Assembly: GCF_006345805.1 (NCBI RefSeq)
Contig: NC_043023.1
Location: 6,820,001-6,884,000, forward strand
Length of the DNA stretch: 64,000 nt
DNA from: Octopus sinensis
Lineage: Eukaryota
Direction of reading: 5' to 3'
Shown: positions 24,543 through 37,500 of the stretch, piece by piece
Numbering within the stretch: position 1 is the first letter of the stretch
Layout of the letters: each line of letters starts with the position of its first letter
Notes under the pieces: generated by a model
Seen by the model: the letters and a program-made list of their open reading frames with translations, nothing else
What the model was told of the DNA's origin: nothing
Databases searched by the model: none
Program-made: the position numbers and the translations under genes

Positions 24543-25092
24543 TTGGGTTGTCCAGAAAGTTCATGCCGATTTATAGTAGCTTACCTTTCGACTTATTTTA
24601 GAACATGGTGGAGTCCATAAAATAGAATTTGACTACACCTCCATTTAGAGTACAGTTTAAGCTATCTTTTCATGGAAGAAAGTTTATGTTCCTATAACCC
24701 GTGTTAATTCTGTAACCCTTTAAAATGGAAGATAAGAAAGTTCATTTTCGGAACCAGACAAAAATTGCTGCAGCTCGGCTGGGATGTGTTACCCCAGCCT
24801 CCATATTCACCAGATATTGCTCCTTCAGATTTCCACTTATTCAGGTCTCTGCAGAATAGTCTTGATGGTAAAAATTTCAATTCCTTGGATGACATAAAAA
24901 GATACCTTGATGAATTCTTTGCCAAGAAACCACCTCAATCTTGGGAAGAGGGTATTTTCAAGTTAAAGGAAAGATGGAGACGCATTGTGCAACAAAATGG
25001 TTCATATTTGGTTGATTAAAAATGTAATGGCAAATATTTATTGACCTTTTTCTTTCCTTTAAAAAACAGCATGAACTTTCTGGACAACCCAA
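24543..25092 (+). mobile_element. Internally deleted mariner element (same family as 17740)
   Basis: TIRs, TA target-site duplication, PPYSPDIAPSDFHLFRSL...RWRRIVQQNGSY. Confidence 0.9.
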
Positions 25093-25554
25093 TACATTGA
25101 CATACATACATACATCAAAACAGATTGGAAAAACTTTTGGTGTTATTTATTCTCCATTACACATGTTTCATTTGCTAATAGGAGTTACAGAATCACACAA
25201 GTAAGAAAAACATGACATCTCCTATTAGAAATTCTTCATCAAATAAATTGTTTTGATATGTAATTACTTTGCAAAAAAAATGTTTTCCAGAATATTCAAC
25301 TTTGATGAAAACCTCACATAAATATAACATCTACAAGCAATTTTGGATTACTGGAAGAAGCAGATGTACTTCAGATTGCAACCCAAACTACATAATATGC
25401 ATACATATATCCCTCACCTGCAGATTTTGGTGTTATTTATTCTCCATTACACATGTTTCATTTGCTAATAGGAGTTACAGAATCCCCTCTTAGATGAGGA
25501 GCGAGAGCAAAATGAGATGCAGAATTCTACAGCCCTCAGCAGCAAATAAACTTA

Positions 25555-26170
25555 ACCAATCTTCCAAAGCACGCGGAATTCTGTTCTTGATTCGACGGTC
25601 ATTCGGAATGCTCACAGCAGCCATATTCCTACCACTCTATGTCACGCTGGTGAGACCCATATTGGAGTATGGGATTCAAGCCTCTTCTCCTTATCTCCTC
25701 AAAGACATACAGCATCTCGAAAGAGTCCAGAAGCTGGCTACCCGCATGGTTCTTGGTCTCAAAAATTTGTCCTACGAAGAAAGGCTGAGGACGCTCGACC
25801 TTTATTCTCTAGAAAAACACCGCCGCCATGGTGATCTCATTCTCGCCCACAACATCATAAGCGGAAAGTGTAACCTCTCGAAAGAGCTGTTCTTCACTCC
25901 TGCTCCAGAGCGTCGGCTGCGGGGTCATTCCGAAAAGCTCTACCTGCGACGATTTCATCTCAATCGAAGGAGAGGAGCTTTCTCCGTCCGGGTTGCGGAT
26001 CCGTGGAACAAGCTGCCAGACGAGATGGTGAAGATGCCGACGACCGCTTTGTTCAAAGCCTCCTGGACCTCAAGTGGCCTGAACTCTTTACATGAACACC
26101 ACCCTGTACTTAACTCCATGTCCCCCTACATGGCCTTGCTATTTGCTTTTGAGCCAAATTAACTAACTAA
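25555..26170 (+). mobile_element. 5'-truncated CR1-clade LINE (RT C-terminal region and 3' tail)
   Basis: LYVTLVRPILEYG...LERVQKLATRMV...SYEERLRTLDLYSLE...GDLI...RGHSEKL...FSVRVADPWNKLP; (ACTA)n-like tail. Confidence 0.85.
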
Positions 26171-26377
26171 AGTCTATATTGGCTGGTTTTTGCCAACACA
26201 GGCCATCACCAACTCATTCACATTCTAAATTTTAATTTAATTCAATAATAAATTTTTAGACCCTCAAAAAAAAAGTAAACTTTCAGAATAAGCACTTCAA
26301 ACTCAATAGGTTTTTTTCCCTCCACCACAAATTTTTATACTTTGAACACAGTCATAATTACAGGTGTAAATAAATAA

Positions 26378-26973
26378 ATATTCTGTTGTGTCTGGGGAGA
26401 GTCGTTTTCTTTTTGTGCCTTATAATGTAACACGTGGAGGCGCAATGGCCTAGTGGTTAGGGCAGCGGACTCGCGGTCGTAGGATCGTGGTTTCGATTCC
26501 CAGACCGGGTGTTGTGAGTGTTTACTGAGCGAAAACACCTAAAGCTCCACGAGGCTCCGGCAGAGGGTGGTGGCGATCCCTGCTTTACTCTTTCGCCACA
26601 ACTTTCTCTCACTCTTTCTTCTGTTGGCCTGCTCGCGGGGTGGCGTCATTTGAAGGCTAAGACAATGTGAAGCGCATTGTGACCAGCGATGTGTAACAAC
26701 ATCTGATAGCCTGGTCGGTCACGGTGATCACGGTGATAATGTAACACACTCACCAGTAAAATTTCCACTTTTTTCTTATTTTTATTCTCCTAAAATTTTC
26801 ATTGCATCTTGCAACCTTTTCAATAGCGAGAATCAAAACTATTGAAAAGATTGCAAGACGCAACGAAAATTTTAGGAAAATGAAAATAAGAAATAAGTGG
26901 AAATTTTACTGGTGAGTGTATTACATTATAAGGCACAAAAAGAAAATGACTCTCCCCAGACACAACAGAATAT
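26378..26973. repeat. Fold-back element (about 135-bp arms) whose left arm is interrupted by a SINE
   Basis: 26378-26433 plus 26748-26826 is the reverse complement of 26839-26973. Confidence 0.85.
26434..26735 (+). mobile_element. tRNA(Arg)-like SINE, family B (octopus OR-type). Other copies at about 4030-4325(-), 5555-5680(-), 19168-19300(+), 23143-23525(+), 48420-48723(-) and 60112-60413(-).
   Basis: GGAGGCGCAATGGCCTAGTGG (A box)...GGTTTCGATTCC (B box); 12-bp TSD ataatgtaacac. Confidence 0.85.
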
Positions 26974-27727
26974 GCTTCAACACACAAACTCAAATAAAGA
27001 ATCTTGCAAACCAAATCCCAAAACGAAATAAATAAATATTCTTTTCTACTAAAGCCTGAAATTCTGCGAGATGGGATAAGTTAATTACACTGACCCAAAT
27101 GTTCAACTGGTCGTTATTTTAGTGGGCCCAAAAAGATAAGAGGTAAAGTCAGCCTCACCAGAATTTGAACTCGGGGCATGAAGACTGATGAAATGCTACT
27201 AAGCATTTTGCCCTCTGTGCTAATGGTTCTGCCAACTCACTGCCTTATATTAATAAATATAAGTTTCAAATTTCGGCACAAGGCCGGCAATTTCTGGGAA
27301 GTGGGTAAGTTGATGACATTGACCCCAGTGTACAACTGATTATTTTTACTGACCTCGAAAAGATGAAAAGGTAAAGTTGAACTTGGTGGGATTTGAACTC
27401 ATAATGCAAAGTTGGGAAAAATGGCGTTAAGTAATTTGCCCGGTGTGCTAAGAATTTTGCCAGTTTGCTGCCTGAGATAAAGAAATCTTTGAAAATATTT
27501 CTAAAATTTGAAATTAATTAAACAGATAAGCTGTAAGCTTTAAATAAAATTATATATCAGCAAAAATATAATTCTCTATAATGACTTTTTTCCCCCTCAA
27601 ATGTTTTACTTCTTTAGAAAAAAAAACCGTCATTCATAGATCTTCACAAGGCCACAAGATTCTCACCTCGGGGTTAAATAATGAATTAACATACTTTTGA
27701 ATGTTTTCATGAAATAAATGTGAACTA

Positions 27728-28157
27728 GGCATAGGAGCGGCTGTGTGGTAAGTAGCTAGGCGTAGGAGTGGCTGTGTGGTAAGTAGCTTGCTTACGAAGT
27801 ACATGGTTTCGGGTTCAGTCCCACTGCGTGGCACCTTGGGCAAGTGTCTTCTATTATAGCCTTGGGCCGACCAAAGCCTTGTGAGTGGATTTGGTAGACG
27901 GAAACTGAAAGAAGCCCGTCATATATATATATGTATGTATGTGTGTATGTTTGTGTGTCTGTATTTGTCCCCCCAACATGGCTTGACAACCGATGCTGGT
28001 ATGCTTACGTCCCCGTAACTTAGCGGTTTGGCAAAAGAGACCCATAGAATAAGTACTAGGCTTACAAAGAATAAGTCCTGGGGTCGATTTGCTCGACTAA
28101 AAATGTGGTGCTCCAGCATGGCCACAGTCACATGACTGAAACAAGTAAAAGAATAAA
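27728..28157 (+). mobile_element. tRNA-derived SINE, family A (sense copy with a duplicated 5' end)
   Basis: A and B boxes and full body. Confidence 0.85.
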
Positions 28158-28891
28158 GCATTATATTTGACAGAGTAATCTGAATGCTACAGGGTTTAAA
28201 TTGGCCACACTGGCCGAAATATTACATCTGTTTTACATTGACACTAGCCATATCTGACATCTCACACATACCCTACAATATCATTCTGAAAATAAACCCT
28301 TGTATCATTGAAATTTTGATGGCTATGAGATAAAGCGGGATTAATTCAAAACAATGTGATTAAATAAGGATTATGTTTGATAGAGTAATCCAAATGGTAA
28401 GGGTTCAACCCCACGAAAACATATTCAAAGTGGAAAAAATCAAAAAAAATCAAACAGAAGTAAAAATCAGGATGTTGCTTTACCTATTAGCTCCAAGTCA
28501 ATCGAGAGCATCCCAAATGTGGCCACCTCCTTTTAAGGGTGTTTGTCCAGAACTACTATATCATCCAACCGATCTTCTTTCCTGCTTTAAGACATTATGA
28601 TATGATTTGAGGAAGATCTGGTTGCGATTTCTAGCAGGTCAAAATACTGATTAGAAGCGCCTTCATTTGTTAACGAGAAGATGACCTGGAGGTTTCAACT
28701 GACTCAATTTACTTTGTATGTAATTAACAATTCAATCAATTATCTATATTGAACTTTATATAGGTGTAGGTATGGTTTGGGGTTCAGTCCCACTGCACGG
28801 CACCTTGGGCAAGTGTATTCAAATCTGGCTCTTTCGGTTGTGTATTTAGCCCTTTAGCAATCAGCTTATTCTGTCAAATGTAATGCTTATT

Positions 28892-29250
28892 TATTGCCTC
28901 CACCTTAGCGAGAGTGAAAGTATTATTTTCAGTTGTATTTGTTTGTGTGTCCGTGGACAAAATATCTCAAGAACCGCTGGATGGATTCGAATGAAACTTT
29001 CAGGGATGTTTGGCCTTGTGACTGGCACGAACTGATTAGTCTTTGAGATCGATCCAGTACCGGACAAGGATTTTGGATTATTTTTCCTGTTTTTTTACTT
29101 AATTTTTGAGAGCGGTGAGGTTCATTTTATTTTGGAAGAGCGGTCAAGTTTATTTCAGATATTCTCATTTTAAAAATCATCTCTGGCTAATCTTTATGAG
29201 GATGTTGGTGTTGCCTTGGTGGAGGTTTGCACTCTCTGAGTGTTCTTGTT
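28892..29250 (+). mobile_element. Helentron-associated non-autonomous element (HINE/DINE-1-like)
   Basis: Subterminal inverted repeats cctccacc...ggtggagg, 3' hairpin cactc-tct-gagtg plus cttgtt. It is inserted at TT inside a piggyBac-like MITE end. Confidence 0.6.
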
Positions 29251-30600
29251 CACATTGTTTTCAATTAATCATGCATTATCTGGGTATACGTTTGTGTGTC
29301 TGTGTTTGTGCCCCCACCATCACTTGACAACCGATGCTGGTGTGTTTATGTAGCTGTAACTTAGCGGTTCAGCATAAGAGACCGATAGAATAAGTATTAG
29401 GCTTACAAAGAATAAGACCTGAGGTTGATTTGTTCGACTAAAAGGCAGTGCTCCAGCATGGTCGCAATCAAATGCATAGCATATACCAGCCTCTTGCACA
29501 TACCCAACAATGTTATTCATTGAAATCTTTAAGCTACGAGATAATGCATGATTAATTTAAAGCATTATATTTGACAGAGCTGAAGAGTTAAACCAGCTTT
29601 TATGTTCAGACCAACCAGATCCAGCCTCTCACACCTACCCTACAATCACATCATTGAAATCTTGAAGCTAATAGATAATCCCTGATTAATTCAAAACTAT
29701 GTCAATAAATAAGCATTACATTTGACAGAGAAATCTGAATGACTAAAGGGTTTAACTGGCCAGATCCAACCAAAATATTCCACCTGTTTTATGTTCAAAC
29801 TAACCATATCCAGCCTCTCACACCTACCCTACAATGTTATTCTAAAGTAATACAATCATGTCATTGAAATCTGAAAGCTATGAGATAATGCAGGATTAAT
29901 CCAAAATGATGTGAATAAATAAGCATTACATTTGACAGATTAATCTGAATATGAAAGGATTAACACAGGAGATTTGTATCAGAGAACTAGTTTCTGTTTA
30001 CCAAATCTACTCACAAGGTTTTGGTCAGCCAAGGGCTATAGAAGATACTTGCCCGAGGTGTCACAAAGCAATACATCATTATAAGGGGATGCTCAGAAGT
30101 TTCTGGTTTTAAGGGTGTCATGAAAGGCCTGGTTAGGGACCCAACCTTCCAAGTTCTTTTGACAGGGATGAGAAAAGATGAAGGGCTGCTGCAATAAAGG
30201 ATGAGGACCGATGTAGGGCCGAGAGGGGAGAATGTTGAATAAAACCATAATTCACTGATCCTCATGTGTTTTCTTTCGCCCCAAACCAGAAACTTTTCAG
30301 CCCCTCCTAGAATTTCATACGACACCACAACGGAAAATGGGATTTTTTTCTAGCGGTGTCAAATAGGGGAAAAAACAAGGGTGTGATTTAAAGAGAAGAT
30401 GCCAGTCTATGGCCAAACTGGAGTCCCAGTTTGATAGAGAAATCTGAATGGCTAACAAGGTTTTGATAAAAGTGTCACCAAATTGAAATACAAACACCGG
30501 TAGGTTGGCATTTTAAATGCGTAAGAATTTCGCCTGTTGATTCTACCAATTTTCTCCCCCTCCTGGGACTTGGTTATGTTGTTTTCTTCTTCTTTATATG

Positions 30601-30798
30601 CTACATCTTTGTTGATTCCTGCAAAGTCGCGTTCCGCTCCAGCATCTCATCATTCGCTTCAGACTTGATGGCTTTCAAGTTTTCTGATGACATGGTGGAG
30701 GGGTCAGTTTTCTTCAGTAGTCGAGGGCCTGTTAACATCACCAGAGCTGACCCTATCGGTGCTGTTATTAGAATGACAAGAACTGCCACTTCTAGGAT
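30601..30798 (-). CDS. SLC9B2: SLC9B-like terminal coding exon 10 (ILEVAVLVILITAPIGSALVMLTGPRLL...ESTKM*)
   Basis: TTTTCAG acceptor; TAG stop at 30603-30601; ILITAPIG...GP.LL motif. Confidence 0.93.
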   Translation of the reverse strand: MLEVAVLVILITAPIGSALVMLTGPRLLKKTDPSTMSSENLKAIKSEANDEMLERNATLQESTKM

Positions 30799-33700
30799 CT
30801 GAAAAGGAAAAAGGGAATAGTCAGAGATATCAGACAAAGAATGCAAACGAATTTATAATGAATTCATAACGAATTTACAAATGAATTTATAATGAATTTA
30901 TAATGAATTCATAACAAATTCACAAATGAATTAAATGATAATGATGATGATGAATTTATAATGAGTTCATAAATAACGAATTCACAAATGAATTTACAAT
31001 GAATTATAATGAATTCATAACAAATTCACAAATGAATTAAATGATAATGATGATGATGAATTTATAATGAGTTCATAAATAACGAATTCACAAATGAATT
31101 TACAATGAATTTATAATGAATTCATAACGAATTCACAAATGAATTAAATGATAATGATGATGATGAATGTATAATGAGTTCATAAATAACGAATTCACAA
31201 ATGAATTTATAATGAATTTATAATGAATTCATAACGAATTCACAAATGAATTAAATGATAATGATGATGATGAATTTATAATGAGTTCATAAATAACGAA
31301 TTCACAAATGAATTTATAATGAATTTATAATGAATTCATAACGAATTCACAAATGAATTAAATGATAATGATGATGATGAATTTATAATGAGTTCATAAA
31401 TAACGAATTCACAAATGAATTTATAATGAATTCATAACGAATTCACAAATGAATTAAATGATAATGATGATGATGAATTTATAATGAGTTCATAAATAAC
31501 GAATTCACAAATGAATTTATAATGAATTTATAATGAATTCATAACGAATTCACAAATGAATTAAATGATAATGATGATGATGAATTTATAATGAGTTCAT
31601 AATAACGAATTCACAAATGAATTTATAATGAATTATAATGAATTCATAACGAATTCACAAATGAATTAAATGATAATGATGATGATGATTTATAATGAGT
31701 TCATAAATAACGAATTCACAAATGAATTTATAATGAATTCATAACGAATTCACAAATGAATTAAATGATAATGATGATGATGAATTTATAATGAGTTCAT
31801 AAATAACGAATTCACAAATGAATTTATAATGAATTTATAATGAATTCATACGAATTCACAAATGATTAAATGATAATGATGATGATGAATTTATAATGAA
31901 TTCATAACGAATTCACAAATGAATTTATAATGAATTTATAATGAATTCATAACGAATTCACAAATGAATTAAATGATAATGATGATGATGAATTTATAAT
32001 GAGTTCATAAATAACGAATTCACAAATGAATTTATAATGAATTTATAATGAATTCATAACGAATTCACAAATGAATTAAATGATAATGATGATGATGATG
32101 ATGAATTCATAAAGACATGTTGATGAACATACATGCATTGAAAGCTCCATGGCAACCTCACTGGTGCTGGTGCCAAGGAAAATGTACCCAGTTCACACTG
32201 TAAAGGGGTTGGTGTTAGGAAGGGCATCCAGCCGTAGGGAACATGCCAAACCTGACCCTGGTGATCAGCTTAGCCCTGTGGTTTGATGTTTTCTGTCAAA
32301 CTGTCCATGTCCAGCCAATGCCAGCATGGAAAATGGACGTTAAATGATGATGACGATGATAATGATAGTGATGATGATGAAGATGATTAAGAAGATGATG
32401 GCAACAACAAGGATGATGATGATGATGATGATGATGATTAATATACCATCATCATTTAACGTCCACTTTCCCATGCTTGCATGGGTCAGATGAAATTTGT
32501 TAATGCAAATTTTTCTATGGCTGGATGCCCTTCCTGTCACTGACCCTTACCTGTGTCCAAGCAAGGTAATACTTTCTGAGGGTTGGAAAAGTGAATGTTA
32601 AATAATGATAGTTTATCACATGTGTACATATGTATATGAAAGGCTTCTTTCAGTTTCCATCAACCAAATCCACTCACAAGACTTTGGTCAACCTGGGGCT
32701 ATAGTAGAAGACACTTGCCTAAGGTGCCATGCAATGGGACTAAACCCAGAACCACGTGGTTGGTAAGCAGCTTCTTATTTCTTTACTACCCACAAGGGGC
32801 TAAGCATAGAGGGGACAAACAATGACAGACAAAGGGATTAAGTCGATTACATCAACCCCAGTGCGTAACTGGTACTTAATTTATTGACCCCGAAAGGATG
32901 AAAGGCAAAGTGACCTTGGTGGAATTTGAACTCAAAACATAGCGGCAGACGAAATACCTATTTTTTTACTACCCACAGGGAGCTAAACACAGAGGGGACA
33001 AACAAAGACAGGCACATGGATTAAGTCGATTACATCGACCCCAGTGTGTAACTGGTACTTATTTAATCGACCGCGAAATGATGAAAGGCAAAGTCGACCT
33101 CGGCGGAATTTGAACTCAGAACACAACGGCAGACAAAATGCCGCTAAGCATTTCGCCCAGCGTGCTAACGTTTCTGCCAGCTTGCCTGGTTGTGTGGTAA
33201 GAAGCTTCTTACTACACACGCAGGCCTACACCTCTACACTATGGACTTCTTTCACTTTCCATAGCCCAGGGCTATAATGAAAAAAACAAACACTTACCCA
33301 AAATGGCACACAGTGGGACTGAACCTGGAAGCATGAGGTTGGAAAGCAAACCTCTTAACCACACAGCCATAATATCATCATCATCATCATCATCATCATC
33401 GTTTAGCGTCCGCTTTCCATGCTAGCATGGGTTGGACGGTTCAACTGGGGTCTGGGAAGCTAGAAGGCTGCACCAGGCCCAGTCTGATCTGGCAATGTTT
33501 CTACAGCTGGATGCCCTTCCTAACGCCAACCACTCCGTGAGTGTAGTGGGTGCTTTTTATGTGCCAACAAGGCTGGCAAACGGCCACGATTGGATGGTGC
33601 TTTTTACATGCTACTGGCACGGAGGCCAGGCGAGGCTGGCAATGGCCATGGTTGGATGGTGCTTTTTACATGCTACTGGCACGGAGGCCAGGCGAGGCTG

Positions 33701-34481
33701 GCAAACGGCCACGATCGGATGGTGCTTTTTACGTGCCACTGGCACGGAGGCAAGACGAGGCTGGCAAACAGACATGATCTGATGGTGCTTTTATGTGCCA
33801 CCGGCACTGGTATCACAGCTACAAATTCCATTGATGTTGAAGAGATATATATATATAACACATACTTACTGTTAGTCCGTATGCCTCCAGTTCTGGATGT
33901 TTCTTCTCTCGTGCAGTTGACAGAGCAACGGACCCAATGGCAGCCTGTGAAGAGAATATCAAAGGGTCAGACAAGTGCATGTGTGTGCGTGTGTGTATGT
34001 GCTAACGACTGCAAAATACATATGATAGTGTAATCCTAGATACACTATGCCTAAACAAATGATGGGATTGTCATTGCTTCAACATCTTTGATTATAGGAG
34101 TGGCTGTGTGGTAAGTAGCTTGCTTAACAACCACATGATTCCGGTTTCATTCCCACAGCATGGCACCTTGGGCAAGTGTCTCCTACTATAGCCTTGGGCC
34201 GACCAAAGCCATGTGAGTGGATTTGGTAGATGGAAACTGAAAGAAGCCCATATATATATATATATACACGATGGGCTTCTTTCAGTTTCCATCTACCAAA
34301 TCCACTCACATGGCTTTGGTCGGCCCAAGGCTATAGTAGGAGACACTTGCCCAAGGTGCCACGCAGTGGGACTGAACCCGGAACCGTGTGGTTGTTAAGC
34401 AAGCTACTTACCACACAGCCACTCCTGCACCAATATATATATGTGTATATATACGACGGGCTTCTTTCAGTTTCCGTCTTT

Positions 34482-34532
<51 letters not shown>

Positions 34533-37500
34533 ATATGTTTGTGTGTCTGTGTTTGTTCCCCCAACATCACTTGACTACCAATCCTGGTGTGTTTACGTCC
34601 CCATAACTTAGCGGTTCGGCAAAAGACACAGATAGAATAAGTACTAGGCGTACAAAGAATAAGTCCTGGTGTCGATTTGCTTGACTAAAGGCGGTGCTCC
34701 AGCATGGCCACAGACAAATGATTGAAACAATTAAAAGAGTAAAGAGGGCTTTTGGGCCAGCACGTGACCTGGGTCTATTCAAGAATAACAGCAAAATTAA
34801 TAACTTACCTGTACTGTAGCCTTCGGTAACCATGCCAATGCTACAAACAGCTTCTCCTTCCTGAGGAGGTCCGTACCACAAACGGCTAAGTAGGCGACCA
34901 ACGTACGGAAAAGTAATCCAACGCAAAGCGTGGCAATCCCGTAGCCTGCAGACATAGAGGAAGAGCAAAAGGAGTAAATATATATTATTTCTATACTACC
35001 CGCAAGGGGCTACACACAGAGGGGACAAACAAGGACAGGCAAACGGATTAAGTCGATTATGTCGACCCCAGTGCATAACTGGTACTTAATTTATCGGCCC
35101 CGAAAGGATGAAAAGCAAAGTCGACCTCAGCGGAATTTGAACTCAACGTAGCGGCAGACAAAATACCGCTAGGCATTTTGCCCGGCGTGCTACCGATTCT
35201 ACCATCTCGACGCCTTAGGAGTAAATATATATGCAAGCATGTGTGTGTGTGTGTGTGCATGTACATATATGAGTGGTTGGCGTTAGGAAGGACTTGACTT
35301 GACTTGAGCTGCATTCACCCGGGGTGGGTTGAGCTGGCTTCATTCATCCTCAATGCTGCATCTCACAAGTGCCAACCAGGCCTGGCGATTTGAGGCTAAC
35401 GACCGTGTGATCTCCAACCACTCCCTATTCGAGTGGTAAACGCCCTAGACATGGGGATCTAGGTTGGGTTCCAGATCAGCCTTGACTGTCATCAGCCAGG
35501 TTTTTCGTTGTCCACCACATCGCTTTCACCAACCCTGAAGGGGTGCTGGGGCATCCAGGTGTAGAAACACTGCCAGATCAAACTGGAGCCTGTTGCCCAT
35601 TCCTGGCTTCCCAGACCCCAGTCAAACCGTCCAACTTATGCAAGCATGGAAAATGGACGTTAAATGATGATGATGATGGATTCTCCCATCAAAGGCAGCG
35701 AGCTGGCAGAAACGTTAGCACGCCGGGCGAAATGCTTAGCGGTATTTCGCCTGCGTTACGTTGTGAGTTCAAATTCCGCCAAGGTCGACTTTGCCTTTCA
35801 ACCTTTTGGGGTCGATAAATTAAGTACCAGTTACGCACTGGGGTCGATGTAATCAACTTAATACCTATGTCTGTCCTTGTTTGTCCCCTCTGTGTTTAGC
35901 CCCTTGTGGGTAATAAAGAAATAGGATTCTCCCATCAAAGATAACGTATGAACATTCAGCTTTTACCAAACGACCTTCACAAATGATTTGTTTATAGGGA
36001 TCAAATGTTTGTGCCACACCTTAGCTCAATCTCTCCATCAAATCAACGTTACCTGAACAGGTGTGTGGTGTGCCATGTATCAGGTGTTAAAGTGATTACA
36101 AAGCAATGCGAAATGAAGTGTTTTGCTCAAGAACTCAATGCATTACCCAGTCTAGGAATTGAAACCATGATCTTCTGATCATTAGTGTAACAGCCTAATC
36201 CCAAGGCCCTGCATCCTCACTATCCTTCTGTCTCTCTGTCTCACTCTAACCTTTCATCATCTGACACAAGATCCTCTCCTCCAATGCCTTCTTCCCTCTC
36301 AAAATTCCTAGTCTTGCAAGTTACTTGGTGACCCGTGAAGGCATGTGGCTTAGTGGTCAGGGCATTTGGCTCACGATTGTAACGTCGTGAGTTCGATTCC
36401 TGGTGACGCGTTGTGTCCTTGAGCAAGACACTTTATTTCACGTTGCTCCAGTCCACTCAGCTGGCAAAAATGAGTTGTACCTGTATTTCAAAAGGCCGGC
36501 CTTGTCACACTCTGTGTCGCACCGAATCTCCCTGAGAACTACATTAAGGGTACACATGTCTGTGGAGTACTCAGCCACTTGCACATTAATTTCATGAGCA
36601 AGCTGTTCCGTTGATCGGATCAACTGGGACCCTCGTTGTCGCAACCGACAGAGTGCGCCTTGGTGACCCTGCTGGTGCCACATAAAAAGTATCCAGTCCA
36701 CATTTTAAAGTGGTTGGCATCCAGCTGTAAAACATATGCCAAAACTGACCTTGCATGTGCTGGCACCACGTAAGAAGTATTCAGTCCACTCTGCAGGGTG
36801 GTCGATGTTAGGAAGGGCATCAAGCCATAAAAACATGCCAAAACTGACCTTGCATGTGTTGGTGCCAAGTGAAAAACCCTCAGTTAACTCTGCAGGGTGG
36901 TTGATGTTAGGAAGGGCATCCAGCCATAAAAACCCTGCCCAAACAGACACAGCAGCCTGGGGCAGTCTTCTACATGGTCAGCTCCTGTCAAACCATCCAA
37001 CCCATGGAAAACAATGATGATGATGATGATGATGATGATTTATTTATGAGCAGAGTACGGAGTACAGAGGTGGTGGTTGATGTTAGGAAGGGCATCCAGC
37101 CATAAAAACCCTGCCCAAACAGACACAGCAGCCTGGGGCAGTCTTCTACATGGTCAGCTCCTGTCAAACCATCCAACCCATGGAAAACAATGATGATGAT
37201 GATGATGATGATGATTTATTTATGAGCAGAGTACGGAGTACAGAGGTGATACATACCAATTGTTTTCATATTGAGTTCGTCCATTTCGACTTCGGCGCCG
37301 ATTAAACCAAAGAGAAGTGGTTGGAATATTAACCAAAGAACTGCAGTAGAGTTGGAGATGAAGTCCTGCAAAATAAAAAAATATATTAACTACGTAGGCG
37401 TAGGAGTGGCTGTGTGGTTATGTAATTTGCTTACGAACCACATGGTTCCGGGTTCAGTTCCATTGCGTGGCACCTTGGGCAAATGTCTTCTACTATAGCC

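Noticed and set aside
26436-26510. tRNA gene
   Set aside because: The tRNA-like head continues into a SINE body with a TSD, and the cloverleaf is incomplete.
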